DNA from: an uncultured Lachnospiraceae bacterium
GTDB taxonomy: Bacteria; Bacillota; Clostridia; Oscillospirales; CAG-272
DNA length: 64,000 nt
Assembly (NCBI GenBank): GCA_964430755.1
Contig: CAYSFT010000001.1
Coordinates: forward strand, 31,358-95,357
Direction: 5' to 3'
In this document: positions 19,637-28,880 of the stretch, piece by piece
How the letters are laid out: the number at the start of each line of letters is the position of its first letter
How positions within the stretch are numbered: position 1 is the first letter of the stretch
The notes under the pieces: model-generated
Database searches by the model: none
Told to the model about the DNA's origin: nothing
The model's input: the letters and a program-made list of their open reading frames with translations, nothing else
Position numbers and translations under genes: made by a program

Positions 19637-20389
19637 TTACAACTCAAAATTATAGGTAAGACACGCAAGCACAAAGCTCGGTGCCGTTTCACAGCGAAGA
19701 ATACGCCGTCCGAGGCCGCATATATTGAAACCTGCCGCACGCGCCGCCTCAACCTCTTTATGCGAAAATCCGCCCTCTGAACCGATTATCACAGAAATAC
19801 TTTCGGGCATTTCGCCGTCCTTGTATTTCTCATTCAAAAGCCGTCGCAAAGGCACAGTGTCATCGCCCTCGTAGAAAAAGAGGACAAGCTCACTTTCTGC
19901 CGCTTTGCTTAACATTTCACGAAACGATATCGGAAGCGTCACCTCAGGAACAGTACCGCGACCGCATTGTTTTGCGGCTTCAAGCGCGATACGCGAACGT
20001 CGTTCAAGCTTTTTTTGTTCTTTGCGGGAGTCGTCATCCCGACGAGCGACACAGCGTTCCGATTCAAACGGTACTATCGTGTGCGCTCCGGTTTCAACCG
20101 ATTTCTGAATGATAACGTCAAGCTTGTCCGATTTCGGAAGAGCCTGAAAAAGACGAACCGTATACGGCGGCTCTGTGTCACTCTTACGGGAGGAAATTAT
20201 CTTTGCCGTAACGCTGTCGGATGTAAAATCCACAAGCTCACAGTCATATTCGTTTTTCTGCATATCACAAACGGTGATATGTTCTCCCGCGCGCATACGA
20301 AGTGAGCGCGAGATATGAATGGCATCATCGCCGCAGACAGTTACATATCCGTCCGCGATATTTGAAGCCGACAGAAAGAAACGCGGCAT
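19637..20389 (-). CDS. rsmE: 16S rRNA (uracil1498-N3)-methyltransferase RsmE
   Basis: Begins MPRFF, has a PUA-like N-terminus and the SPOUT C-terminus IGSEGGFS..E. Conserved position after prmA. Confidence 0.85.
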   Translation of the reverse strand: MPRFFLSASNIADGYVTVCGDDAIHISRSLRMRAGEHITVCDMQKNEYDCELVDFTSDSVTAKIISSRKSDTEPPYTVRLFQALPKSDKLDVIIQKSVETGAHTIVPFESERCVARRDDDSRKEQKKLERRSRIALEAAKQCGRGTVPEVTLPISFREMLSKAAESELVLFFYEGDDTVPLRRLLNEKYKDGEMPESISVIIGSEGGFSHKEVEAARAAGFNICGLGRRILRCETAPSFVLACLTYNFEL

Positions 20390-20462
20390 TTTTAACCTCA
20401 AAAACAAGATTAGTCAAAATTGGCACAACTTTTTGTTGTTTGTTTGCCCGACTATATTGTAT

Positions 20463-20491
20463 ATTATACTACACTTTCGTCATTTTGTCAA
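20463..20491 (-). promoter_or_regulatory. Consensus sigma-A promoter upstream of rsmE (TTGACA-17-TATAAT on minus strand)
   Basis: Reverse complement: TTGACA (20491-20486), a 17-nt spacer, then TATAAT (20468-20463). Confidence 0.6.
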
Positions 20492-20559
20492 ATATTTTAG
20501 CGAAATTTTTTGCATATTTTTTTATCAAACGCGAAAAAAACCGTTATTTTTTCCAAATT

Positions 20560-21480
20560 TTAGTCTTTTTGGTAAACCATTGCCACCCAGTCGCTTTCCA
20601 TTGCTTCCTCAACGAGGGTGAAGCCGTGACTCTTCATGGCCTTTCTGACATCCTCGGCATACACCTCAATAATACCGGACGTGATAAGATAAGAGCCTTT
20701 CTCCAGATAATTACCGATATCGGGCGACATTCTGACAATGATATCAGCAACGATATTTGCAACAGCGAAATCATAAAGTCCGCCGTCTGTATCAACATTT
20801 GCAAGGAGATCGGAAACGTCACACGTGATATTGTCGCAGTCATTATCCTTGCAGTTTTCGCGTGCCACACGCACGGCAACGGGATCTATATCATAAGCAA
20901 AGCACTCCTTCGCACCAAGCTTTGACGCGCATATAGCAAGTATACCGCTTCCCGTACCGACATCGAGCATACGCTGTCCCGGGACGAGATACTTTTCAAT
21001 CAGCTTGCAGACAAGACGTGTTGTTTCATGAGTACCCGTACCGAAAGCCATACCGGGATCCATTCTGACGATAATGTCATCAGGCTCGGCATCGTATTCC
21101 TCCCAAGCAGGAACTATCACAAGTCTCTCGCCGACGCGAATGGGATGGTAATATTTCTTCCAAGCGGTTGACCACTCCTCCTCGTCAACGCCGATAAGCT
21201 CACATTTGGCATCAATTCCCTCTGCGCTGAAGCGTTCCTTCAAAAACAGCATATAATCGTTGTAATTTTTGTTGTCGGGAATGTATATTGAAACCGCGCC
21301 GCGTGTTTTGTCGGCGTTGAGTATACTTTCGTCAATAAGATCGCCGTAAACGGTCTTGAGTCCCTCCTCGATATCGCTGTAATCTTCAATCATAATACCG
21401 TTATCGAGCATACTCATAATAGCGGCAGTGCGCTCGATGTCACCTGTTGCGACGGATACGCGAAGCTGTGTCCAGTTCAT
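20560..21480 (-). CDS. prmA: Ribosomal protein L11 methyltransferase PrmA
   Basis: MNWTQLRV start with an AAAGGAG RBS, DPGMAFGTGTHETT and LDVGTGSGILAI motifs. Confidence 0.9.
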   Translation of the reverse strand: MNWTQLRVSVATGDIERTAAIMSMLDNGIMIEDYSDIEEGLKTVYGDLIDESILNADKTRGAVSIYIPDNKNYNDYMLFLKERFSAEGIDAKCELIGVDEEEWSTAWKKYYHPIRVGERLVIVPAWEEYDAEPDDIIVRMDPGMAFGTGTHETTRLVCKLIEKYLVPGQRMLDVGTGSGILAICASKLGAKECFAYDIDPVAVRVARENCKDNDCDNITCDVSDLLANVDTDGGLYDFAVANIVADIIVRMSPDIGNYLEKGSYLITSGIIEVYAEDVRKAMKSHGFTLVEEAMESDWVAMVYQKD

Positions 21481-21489
21481 AATAATCTC

Positions 21490-21536
21490 CTTTAAAAAAA
21501 TAATAATGTCCTCCGCCATCTCATGGGACAGCGGAG
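21490..21536 (-). terminator. Rho-independent terminator downstream of dnaJ
   Basis: CCTCCGC (21509-21515) pairs with GCGGAGG (21530-21536). On the minus strand it is followed by ACATTATTATTTTTTT. Confidence 0.55.
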
Positions 21537-21567
21537 GTTATTAAAATGTGTACACAATAATTATCAA

Positions 21568-22707
21568 TTATTTATTGAACAGTTTCTTTATAAAGCTGCT
21601 TTTCTTTGTGTTGTTCTTCTCTCCGAGACTTTCGGCGAACTTGCGCAGTAAATCCTTCTGTGCCTCCGTAAGTCCGCGCGGAGTTTCGATTGAAACCGCA
21701 AATATGAGGTCACCTCGGCTCTTGCTGTTGACATAAGGAATACCGCGTCCGCGAAGCGTAAATTGCGTGCCGTGCTGTGTTCCCTCGGGAATGTTATATG
21801 TTTCCTTGCCCTCAAGCGTCGGAATCTCTATCTGTGCACCGAGTGCCGCCTCTGCATAGGTTATCGGCACTTCGCAGTATATGTTGTAACCGTCGCGCTC
21901 GAAAATCGGATGCGGACGAACCGAAACTGCAATAATGAGGTCACCTGCCGAGCCGCCGTTTCTGCCGCTGTCGCCCTGGGAGCGAATCGCAACCTTTTGA
22001 CCGTCATCAATACCTGCAGGAATCGTCACCTCAAGCTTCTTCGAGTTCTTAACATAGCCCTTACCCTTACAGTAAGTGCACGGTTCTTTTATCTTTTTAC
22101 CGGTACCGCCGCAGTCTTCACAAGGACGTGTCGTCTGCATCATACCGAGCATAGTACGCTGCTGAACACGTACAGTACCCGTTCCGTGACAGGTTGAACA
22201 AGTGTCAACAGTAGTTCCCTTTTTTGCTCCGGAGCCTTCACATTCGGGACATTTTTCAATCCGTCCGTAGCTTATTTCCTTTTTGCATCCGAACGCCGCT
22301 TCCTCAAAAGAAATCGTTACGCGCTGAAGAATATCACCGCCGCGCATCGGACCGTTACGGCGAGACGACTGTGAGCCGCCCATACCGCCACCAAAAAAGC
22401 TGCCGAAGATGTCGCCGAAAATATCAGAAGCATCAAAACCGCCAAAGCCCCCAAAACCGCCCTCAAATCCGTCCTGACCGTCAACTCCTGCATGACCGAA
22501 CTGATCATAGCGCGACTTTTTCTCGGGATCGGACAGTACGGCATAAGCCTCATTGACCTCTTTGAAATTTTTCTCGGCTTCAGCATCGCCCGGATTCATA
22601 TCGGGATGATATTTTTTTGCAAGCTGACGGTAAGCCTTTTTAATCGCCGCCTCGTCAGCCGATTTATCGAGGCCGAGCACCTCGTAATAATCTCTTTTAT
22701 CTGCCAT
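21568..22707 (-). CDS. dnaJ: Molecular chaperone DnaJ
   Basis: J-domain with HPD, a G/F-rich region and four CxxCxGxG zinc-finger repeats. Confidence 0.97.
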   Translation of the reverse strand: MADKRDYYEVLGLDKSADEAAIKKAYRQLAKKYHPDMNPGDAEAEKNFKEVNEAYAVLSDPEKKSRYDQFGHAGVDGQDGFEGGFGGFGGFDASDIFGDIFGSFFGGGMGGSQSSRRNGPMRGGDILQRVTISFEEAAFGCKKEISYGRIEKCPECEGSGAKKGTTVDTCSTCHGTGTVRVQQRTMLGMMQTTRPCEDCGGTGKKIKEPCTYCKGKGYVKNSKKLEVTIPAGIDDGQKVAIRSQGDSGRNGGSAGDLIIAVSVRPHPIFERDGYNIYCEVPITYAEAALGAQIEIPTLEGKETYNIPEGTQHGTQFTLRGRGIPYVNSKSRGDLIFAVSIETPRGLTEAQKDLLRKFAESLGEKNNTKKSSFIKKLFNK

Positions 22708-22845
22708 GTGTATCTCCTCAATTTCAGGAAAATTGATAAATCTTTTTGTTTTCAGACTATTTCTTGTCCGCTTAACTTAATTATTATACTATATTATTTG
22801 AAATAAATAAACAATAATTTGTAAATTCGCAGTTTTTGTGGGGGG

Positions 22846-23300
22846 GAGTGGTTAGTGTTTGCGTATAGGAGATACGGTCGCTTTTTGAAAAAAGCTCCGC
22901 AAAAACTTTAATATACGCTATCGCTTCACAGGTCCATCGCATAAAGCTCCGAATATACGCTCTCGGTAGTCGGGAACCCTCCTCACTCCGTCTCCTCCGA
23001 CTCCGTTCGGTATCCCAACGACCGTTTTACGGCAATCGTTCGTTAAATCACATTAATACTGTTTGCGGCACAAAAGTTACATTTATGCAGCAGAAGCTAA
23101 AGATGTCGTTGCAGAAATGGCAACCGATATGCGGTTGTTGGGAAGGTGAGCGAACGCGGAGGAGCGTGAGCGAGATGGGCCCCGACTACCGAGAGCGGTT
23201 TCGAAGCGGAGAACAAACACTCTGTGAGCTTTGCGTTCATTAAAGTTTTTTGCCAGGCTTTTTTTCAAAAAAAGCCGCGTATCCCCTTTATGCTTCGATT
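22846..23300. repeat. Imperfect long inverted repeat (~180-nt arms, ~100-nt centre) in the dnaK-dnaJ spacer; MITE-like or structured-RNA element
   Basis: The left arm (about 22846-23025) is the reverse complement of the right arm (about 23125-23300). There is a perfect 17-nt core, CGCTCTCGGTAGTCGGG (22958-22974) against CCCGACTACCGAGAGCG (23181-23197). GATACGGTCGCTTTTTGAAAAAAGCTCCGCAAAAACTTTAAT matches the reverse complement of 23240-23283 with a few indels. Confidence 0.7.
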
Positions 23301-23383
23301 CCCACTCACTAAAACCAAAAACGGGCTGACTCAGCAAAAAACGAGCCAACCCATTTTGATATTAAAACGTCAACGCTGTATGA

Positions 23384-25231
23384 TTACTCGTTTGTCTTAT
23401 CCTCGAAATCTGCGTTATAGAAGGTGTCACCGTCAGCGCTCTGTGCGCCTGCGCCGGGATTTGCACCCATATCGGGACCTGCGCCCTGTGCACCCTGCTG
23501 CTGTGCATAAAGCTTCTCGGCAATCGGATAGAAAGACTTCTGAAGTGCCTCGGTGTCTGCCTTGATAGCCTCAATGTCACCGCCCTTGATGGTTTCCTTG
23601 AGCTTTTCAATAGCAGCCTGAACAGGCGCCTTTTCAGCATCGGTAACCTTATCGCCAAGCTCGCCGAGAGTCTTTTCAGTCTGGAAGATTGTGTTCTCAG
23701 CGTTATTCTTGGTTTCAACAGCTTCCTTCTGCTTCTTGTCTTCTTCGGCAAACTTCTCTGCTTCCTTAACTGCCTTGTCAATATCCTCCTGCGACATATT
23801 AGTCGAGGATGTGATAGTGATGTGCTGTTCCTTGCCGGTGCCCTTATCCTTTGCAGTTACGTTAACGATACCGTTAGCGTCGATATCAAAGGTTACTTCA
23901 ATCTGCGGAATGCCGCGAGGTGCGGGAGCGATACCGTCAAGCGAGAAACGACCGAGAGTGGTGTTGCCTGCCGCCATATCGCGCTCACCCTGGAGAACGT
24001 GAATCTCAACCGAGGTCTGACCGTCAGCCGCAGTGGAATAAACCTGGCTCTTCTTTACGGGGATGGTTGTATTTCTGTCGATAATTCTGTTGAATACGCC
24101 GCCGAGAGTTTCAATACCGAGCGAGAGAGGAGTTACGTCGAGAAGGAGAAGATCCTTAACGTCGCCGCCGAGTACGCCGCCCTGAATAGCCGCACCGAGT
24201 GCTACACATTCATCGGGGTTGATACCCTTGAAGGGTTCCTTGCCGATAAAGTCCTTAACTGCATCCTGAACTGCAGGAATTCTTGTCGAACCGCCAACGA
24301 GAAGCACCTTGTCGATCTGACCAACGGTGAGGCCGGAGTCTGCGAGTGCCTTCTTGGTGGGAGTCATGGTGCGCTCAACGAGGTCTGCTGTGAGTTCGTT
24401 GAATTTTGCTCTTGTGAGAGTTCCGTCAAAGTGCTTGGGGCCTGTTGCATCTGCGGTGATGAACGGGAGATTGATATTGGACGAGGCAACGCCCGAAAGT
24501 TCGATCTTTGCCTTTTCAGCAGCTTCCTTGAGTCTCTGGAGAGCCATCTTGTCATTGCGGAGATCAATGCCGTTTTCGCGCTTGAATTCTTCTGCAATCC
24601 AGTCAATGATACGTGCGTCGAAGTCGTCACCGCCGAGCTTGTTGTCGCCGTGTGTTGCGAGAACCTCGAAAACGCCGTCGGAAATTTCGAGAATGGATAC
24701 GTCGAATGTACCGCCGCCGAGGTCGAATACCATGATCTTCTGCTCTTTTGCGTCCTTGTCAACGCCATATGCAAGTGCCGCCGCGGTGGGCTCGTTGATA
24801 ATTCTCTGTACGTTAAGACCTGCGATCTTGCCTGCGTCCTTGGTTGCCTGACGCTGTGCATCGGTGAAGTATGCGGGAACGGTGATAACTGCGTCTGTAA
24901 CAGTTGTTCCGAGATAAGCCTCCGCATCTGCCTTCAGCTTCTGAAGGATCATCGCGGAAACTTCCTGAGGAGCGTACTTCTTATCGTCGATGGATACCTT
25001 ATAGTCAGAACCCATGTGACGCTTGATGGAAGAAACTGTACGGTCGGGGTTAGTTATAGCCTGACGCTTTGCAACCTGACCAACCATACGCTCGCCGGTT
25101 TTAGAGAATGCAACGACCGAAGGGGTTGTTCTTGCCCCCTCGGGGTTTGTGATAACGGTGGGTTCGCCGCCCTCAAATACAGCGACGCAAGAGTTTGTTG
25201 TACCTAAATCTATACCAATAATCTTTCCCAT
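23384..25231 (-). CDS. dnaK: Molecular chaperone DnaK (Hsp70)
   Basis: [17 protein letters not shown] and [11 protein letters not shown] motifs; full length at 615 aa. Confidence 0.98.
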   Translation of the reverse strand: MGKIIGIDLGTTNSCVAVFEGGEPTVITNPEGARTTPSVVAFSKTGERMVGQVAKRQAITNPDRTVSSIKRHMGSDYKVSIDDKKYAPQEVSAMILQKLKADAEAYLGTTVTDAVITVPAYFTDAQRQATKDAGKIAGLNVQRIINEPTAAALAYGVDKDAKEQKIMVFDLGGGTFDVSILEISDGVFEVLATHGDNKLGGDDFDARIIDWIAEEFKRENGIDLRNDKMALQRLKEAAEKAKIELSGVASSNINLPFITADATGPKHFDGTLTRAKFNELTADLVERTMTPTKKALADSGLTVGQIDKVLLVGGSTRIPAVQDAVKDFIGKEPFKGINPDECVALGAAIQGGVLGGDVKDLLLLDVTPLSLGIETLGGVFNRIIDRNTTIPVKKSQVYSTAADGQTSVEIHVLQGERDMAAGNTTLGRFSLDGIAPAPRGIPQIEVTFDIDANGIVNVTAKDKGTGKEQHITITSSTNMSQEDIDKAVKEAEKFAEEDKKQKEAVETKNNAENTIFQTEKTLGELGDKVTDAEKAPVQAAIEKLKETIKGGDIEAIKADTEALQKSFYPIAEKLYAQQQGAQGAGPDMGANPGAGAQSADGDTFYNADFEDKTNE

Positions 25232-25275
25232 AATAAATATCTCCTTTATAAATAAAATGTATTGTTTACTAAAAT

Positions 25276-25893
25276 TTAATTTGCCACTTTAACAAGAGCC
25301 TCACGAAGCACGCGCTCACCCTTTTTGTAGCCCTTTTGGAAAACCTCAACGATCTCGTTTTCGCCGAAGCTTTCATCGTCTATGTGCATCATAGCGTTGT
25401 GTATCTGCGGATCGAACTGCTCGCCCGGAGCACCGAACTCGGTTACACCTATCTTCTCAAACGATTCCTTTGCGCTCTTAAAAATGAGCTTGATTCCGTC
25501 TGCAAGCTGTGCACCGTCGCTGTAAGCCGCGGCACGCTCCAAATTGTCCATAACCGGAAGTATCGCCGAGAGCGCATCAGCATAAGCGTCTGCGTATATT
25601 CCCTCTCGCTCCTTTGCACTGCGCCTGCGGAAGTTATCATATTCCGCCGCACAGCGAAGATACTTGTCATTCACCTCTGAAAGCTCAGACTGCGTTTTTT
25701 CGAGTGCCGATTTTGTTTCGGCAAGCTCTGCAGTCAGCTTTTTGTTTTCATCCTTCAAATGCTTATCCTCGCGTTTTTTGTCCTTCTTCGATATTTCGTC
25801 GGTTGAGCCGCCTTCGGTTTCGGCGAGAATTTCTTCCCACTTCTGTTCCTTGGCTTCTTCCGGCGACATTTCCTTTTTCTTATCGTCTGCCAT
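25276..25893 (-). CDS. grpE: Nucleotide exchange factor GrpE
   Basis: Acidic/Lys-rich N-terminus, coiled coil, [14 protein letters not shown] and a C-terminal beta domain. Operon position. Confidence 0.95.
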   Translation of the reverse strand: MADDKKKEMSPEEAKEQKWEEILAETEGGSTDEISKKDKKREDKHLKDENKKLTAELAETKSALEKTQSELSEVNDKYLRCAAEYDNFRRRSAKEREGIYADAYADALSAILPVMDNLERAAAYSDGAQLADGIKLIFKSAKESFEKIGVTEFGAPGEQFDPQIHNAMMHIDDESFGENEIVEVFQKGYKKGERVLREALVKVAN

Positions 25894-26975
25894 TAGCTAT
25901 CCTCCTCTTCTTCGCTGGATTCTATACCAAGCAGTCCACTCGGCTCGAGCATACTGCTGATGTTTTTCGACATATAATCAACAAGCGTTACCACCTTTGA
26001 ATAGTCCATTCGTCTCGGGCCGATAACGCCTATCGCACCGATCACCTTGTCTCCCGACTTGACTGTACGGAATATGAGAGATGAATTGTTCATCACCTCA
26101 ACCGAATTTTCCGAGCCGATGTATACATTAGTCTGATCGGACACGTCATGCGAAAGCACCTCACGGAGATCGTCCTGTTTATCAAATAAACCAAGCATAT
26201 CGCGTACACGGTCTATATCCGAATATTCGGGATAATTGAGCAGGTTGTTAACTCCGTCAAACATAAGCTCGCCGTCATCAACCTCTCCAACCGTTTCGTA
26301 TATGGTGCTGATTATCGGATTTATCAGTCGCTCACCGTCAGGCACTCGCCTTTGCATATCAAGCATAACAGGAAGCGTGATGCCGTCAAGATCAAGTCCT
26401 GCAACGCAGTCGTTGAGAACCACAGTCAGCCGCTCAAGCGTGTCGCGCGAGACATCGAAGCCAAGCCGCACCTGACGCGTTTTAACATTTCCGCTCGCAG
26501 TCAGCATAACGAGAATGAAATTACGCGGCGAAAGATACATTGCATCGAATCTAGCAACTGTCTGCCTTGCCGGTGTACGCTTGAGTGCGACACCCGTGTA
26601 ATTAGTGAGCATACTCATCAACTTTGTCGCACGGTCGAGGATGCGGTCAAGCTCTGCCGCCTTGAGGGTTTGAAGTTTATTGAGTTCACCAAGCTCCGCC
26701 TGAGTCATACGGTACTGCTGCATGAGCTGATCAACATAAAATCTGTAACCAAGCTCGGATGGGATTCTGCCCGATGAGGTGTGAAGCTGTTCAAGATAAC
26801 CCATATCCTCAAGCTCTGCCATCTCGTTGCGGATGGTAGCAGACGAGAATGCTATCTGCTTATATTGAGTTAAATATTTTGAGCCTACGGGCTCACCGAG
26901 ATTGATGTGCGTATCGATTATCGCTTTAAGTATCGCCTTTTTGCGCTCGGATAATTCAGTGTTTTTATCCTGCAT
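25893..26975 (-). CDS. hrcA: Heat-inducible transcription repressor HrcA
   Basis: LSERKKAILKAII...EPVGSK wHTH and IATIRNEMAELEDMGYL. ATG at 26975 is preceded by a GGGAGG RBS. Confidence 0.95.
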   Translation of the reverse strand: MQDKNTELSERKKAILKAIIDTHINLGEPVGSKYLTQYKQIAFSSATIRNEMAELEDMGYLEQLHTSSGRIPSELGYRFYVDQLMQQYRMTQAELGELNKLQTLKAAELDRILDRATKLMSMLTNYTGVALKRTPARQTVARFDAMYLSPRNFILVMLTASGNVKTRQVRLGFDVSRDTLERLTVVLNDCVAGLDLDGITLPVMLDMQRRVPDGERLINPIISTIYETVGEVDDGELMFDGVNNLLNYPEYSDIDRVRDMLGLFDKQDDLREVLSHDVSDQTNVYIGSENSVEVMNNSSLIFRTVKSGDKVIGAIGVIGPRRMDYSKVVTLVDYMSKNISSMLEPSGLLGIESSEEEEDS

Positions 26976-27026
26976 ACACACACCTCCCTTATATTTATAG
27001 CACACGCCCTTATTTGCGGTGTCGTT

Positions 27027-27053
27027 TTAGCACTCATTGCCGCCGAGTGCTAA
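27027..27053 (-). promoter_or_regulatory. CIRCE operator (HrcA binding site)
   Basis: TTAGCACTC-ATTGCCGCC-GAGTGCTAA, a perfect match to the consensus TTAGCACTC-N9-GAGTGCTAA. It lies between the promoter and the hrcA start. Confidence 0.95.
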
Positions 27054-27064
27054 ACACTGTATAT

Positions 27065-27093
27065 AGTATACCCCACATCACCGCCAAAATCAA
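27065..27093 (-). promoter_or_regulatory. Sigma-A promoter of the hrcA-grpE-dnaK operon (TTGATT-17-TATACT)
   Basis: Minus strand: TTGATT (27093-27088), a 17-nt spacer, TATACT (27070-27065). CIRCE starts 11 nt downstream. Confidence 0.7.
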
Positions 27094-27159
27094 GACAATA
27101 ACATATATTTTGTGTTAATAATTTGTAAATGAGCACGCACTCGAACACTGTTGAGTGCC

Positions 27160-27200
27160 ACGAAAAAACAAATGCCGACTCAATTTTGAAGAATCGGCAT
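27160..27200. terminator. Bidirectional hairpin terminator downstream of the CE4 gene pair
   Basis: ATGCCGA (27172-27178) pairs with TCGGCAT (27194-27200). It is flanked by an A-run (27161-27171) and a T-run (27203-27208). Confidence 0.6.
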
Positions 27201-27209
27201 CATTTTTTA

Positions 27210-27899
27210 TTAACCAAGCAGACATTCTGCGTTAGTACCGTAGAAGATATCGTCCCGTCCCGAGATGAATTTACAAAATTCTTCAAGCTTTTCCCAGCTT
27301 TCATAATAATCGTGACCGTAAGCATGACCGTAAATATAGAAAAGCTTCGGCTTGTCAGGCTTCATATTGACAAACTTTTCTGCAAGCTCCATCATCTTCG
27401 GATTAAGATCCTCACAGGTTGCATTGAAAGCGAGCAGGTTTTCCGGCAGATCAAAGGAAAGCGTTTCAGCGCATCCGCGAGCGTACCTGACGCCGTTTTC
27501 ACGAAGAACCTCAATTACGACATCATTGTATGTACCGCAGGGATATGCAAGTCCAACGGGAACCTTACCGAAAAAGTCAGTAAGTCTCGCCCTGTCCGCA
27601 AGCACCTCGTATTTGCAAACCTCAGGTGAAACAAGATCAAGCTTCGCGTGTGTATATGCGTGCATTGCGATCTCGTGTCCCTCGTAGGTTTTAACAAGAT
27701 CCTCGATCGGCATACGTGCGACGGTAACCTTCTCTCTGAACACCCAGGGATACCCCGGACATCCCTCTCTGTGTCGTGAGCCGTTCAGATTAAATGTCGC
27801 CTTGAGATTGTACCTGTTGAGGATTTCAACCACACGCTTATCCTGCTCAACTCCATCGTCATAGCTGAACGTGACAGCCTTCATTTTTCCATTCCACAT
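27210..27899 (-). CDS. Polysaccharide deacetylase (CE4, NodB-homology) family protein, copy 1
   Basis: TFSYDDG (motif 1) and HAYTH (motif 2 His pair), with an AAGGAGAA RBS. Confidence 0.75.
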   Translation of the reverse strand: MWNGKMKAVTFSYDDGVEQDKRVVEILNRYNLKATFNLNGSRHREGCPGYPWVFREKVTVARMPIEDLVKTYEGHEIAMHAYTHAKLDLVSPEVCKYEVLADRARLTDFFGKVPVGLAYPCGTYNDVVIEVLRENGVRYARGCAETLSFDLPENLLAFNATCEDLNPKMMELAEKFVNMKPDKPKLFYIYGHAYGHDYYESWEKLEEFCKFISGRDDIFYGTNAECLLG

Positions 27900-27913
27900 A
27901 GCTTCTTTTCTCC

Positions 27914-28600
27914 TTATAATAACGCTTCTGCATTTGTACAGTAATATATGTCATCACGCCCCGAAAGGTACCTGCAAAGACGCTCCATGCGCTCCCAACG
28001 GTCTACCATGTCAAGCGCATAGCTGTGTCCCCAAACGTAAAAGAGCATCGGCTTTGTCGGTTTGGTGTTCACAAACTCCTCCGCAAGCTCAAACAAACGC
28101 TCATCCGAATCACAGCAAGTAGGGTTAAAACGCAGAAGATCATCCTGCAGCTCAAACGAATGTGACGGTATGACAGTTCTCGCATATTTAACTCCGTTTT
28201 CACGAAGCACGTTCACAACTCTGTCGCTGTATCTGCCGCAAGGATAAGCAAGTCCCACAGGCACTTTACCAAAAAAATCGGTCAACCTCGCTCTGTCTGC
28301 AAGAATCTCGTATTTACAAACCTCGTCAGAAAGCTTGTCAAGGTCAGCATGGGTATATGCGTGCATAGCAATTTCATGTCCCACGTAGGTTTCAGCCAAG
28401 TCCTCGATCGGCATACGCGCAACATTGATATTGCCGTTGAATGTCCACGGATATCCCGGACCTCCCTCTCTGTGCCGTGAGCCGTTCAGATTAAATGTCG
28501 CTTTCATACCGTAACGGTTAAACAGCTCAACAAGCCGCTTATCCTGCTCAACTCCATCGTCGTAGCTGAACGTGACAGCCTTCATTTTTCCATTCCACAT
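27914..28600 (-). CDS. Polysaccharide deacetylase (CE4, NodB-homology) family protein, copy 2 (tandem paralog)
   Basis: Same motifs as copy 1 and an identical first 22 aa, MWNGKMKAVTFSYDDGVEQDKR. ATG at 28600 has an AAGGTGGGAAG RBS. Confidence 0.75.
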   Translation of the reverse strand: MWNGKMKAVTFSYDDGVEQDKRLVELFNRYGMKATFNLNGSRHREGGPGYPWTFNGNINVARMPIEDLAETYVGHEIAMHAYTHADLDKLSDEVCKYEILADRARLTDFFGKVPVGLAYPCGRYSDRVVNVLRENGVKYARTVIPSHSFELQDDLLRFNPTCCDSDERLFELAEEFVNTKPTKPMLFYVWGHSYALDMVDRWERMERLCRYLSGRDDIYYCTNAEALL

Positions 28601-28647
28601 TTTACTTCCCACCTTATCAAATATTCGTACAAAACACACTTTTTATA

Positions 28648-28676
28648 ATTATACACCCCGTGAAACCCGGTGTCAA
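28648..28676 (-). promoter_or_regulatory. Consensus sigma-A promoter of the CE4 pair (TTGACA-17-TATAAT)
   Basis: Minus strand: TTGACA (28676-28671), a 17-nt spacer, TATAAT (28653-28648). Confidence 0.65.
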
Positions 28677-28803
28677 CCCCCACAAATACATTTTTTAAAA
28701 AATGCAGCAAAAAATCCTATAATACATAAGCTTTCTGCCGATTTCCGTTTTTGTGCGATTTTTATATATTATGTACGAAAATTGAAAAATCGAATATTTT
28801 CAC

Positions 28804-28832
28804 TTGCATTTTGAGAAATTTAGGTGTATAAT
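28804..28832 (+). promoter_or_regulatory. Promoter of the decarboxylase beta-subunit gene (TTGCAT-17-TATAAT)
   Basis: TTGCAT at 28804-28809 and TATAAT at 28827-28832. Confidence 0.6.
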
Positions 28833-28880
28833 AATGAGGTGTTTGTTTTATGTATTCAATGAAAGGTATGGTTTAATAAA

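Noticed and set aside
20302-20925. 207-aa plus-strand ORF spanning the rsmE-prmA intergenic region
   Set aside because: It runs antisense through the rsmE start, an AT-rich promoter region and the prmA 3' end, so it is a composition artefact.
23083-23565. ORFs 23083-23349 (minus, 88 aa) and 23224-23565 (plus, 113 aa) in the dnaK-dnaJ spacer as small protein genes
   Set aside because: They lie on the arms of the long inverted repeat and so mirror each other. They lack convincing RBSs, have odd low-complexity composition (R/S/L-rich), and one runs antisense into dnaK.
23822-25207. 461-aa ORF on the plus strand
   Set aside because: It is entirely antisense to dnaK, which is unambiguous. Its Cys/Val/Asn-rich composition is typical of shadow ORFs. 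The same reasoning applies to 24327-24851 and 24364-24927.
28834-28880. Small upstream ORF (ATGAGGTGTTTG...) in the leader of the decarboxylase beta gene as a leader peptide
   Set aside because: It has no RBS, starts immediately after the -10 box, and is out of frame with nothing conserved that I can recognise.
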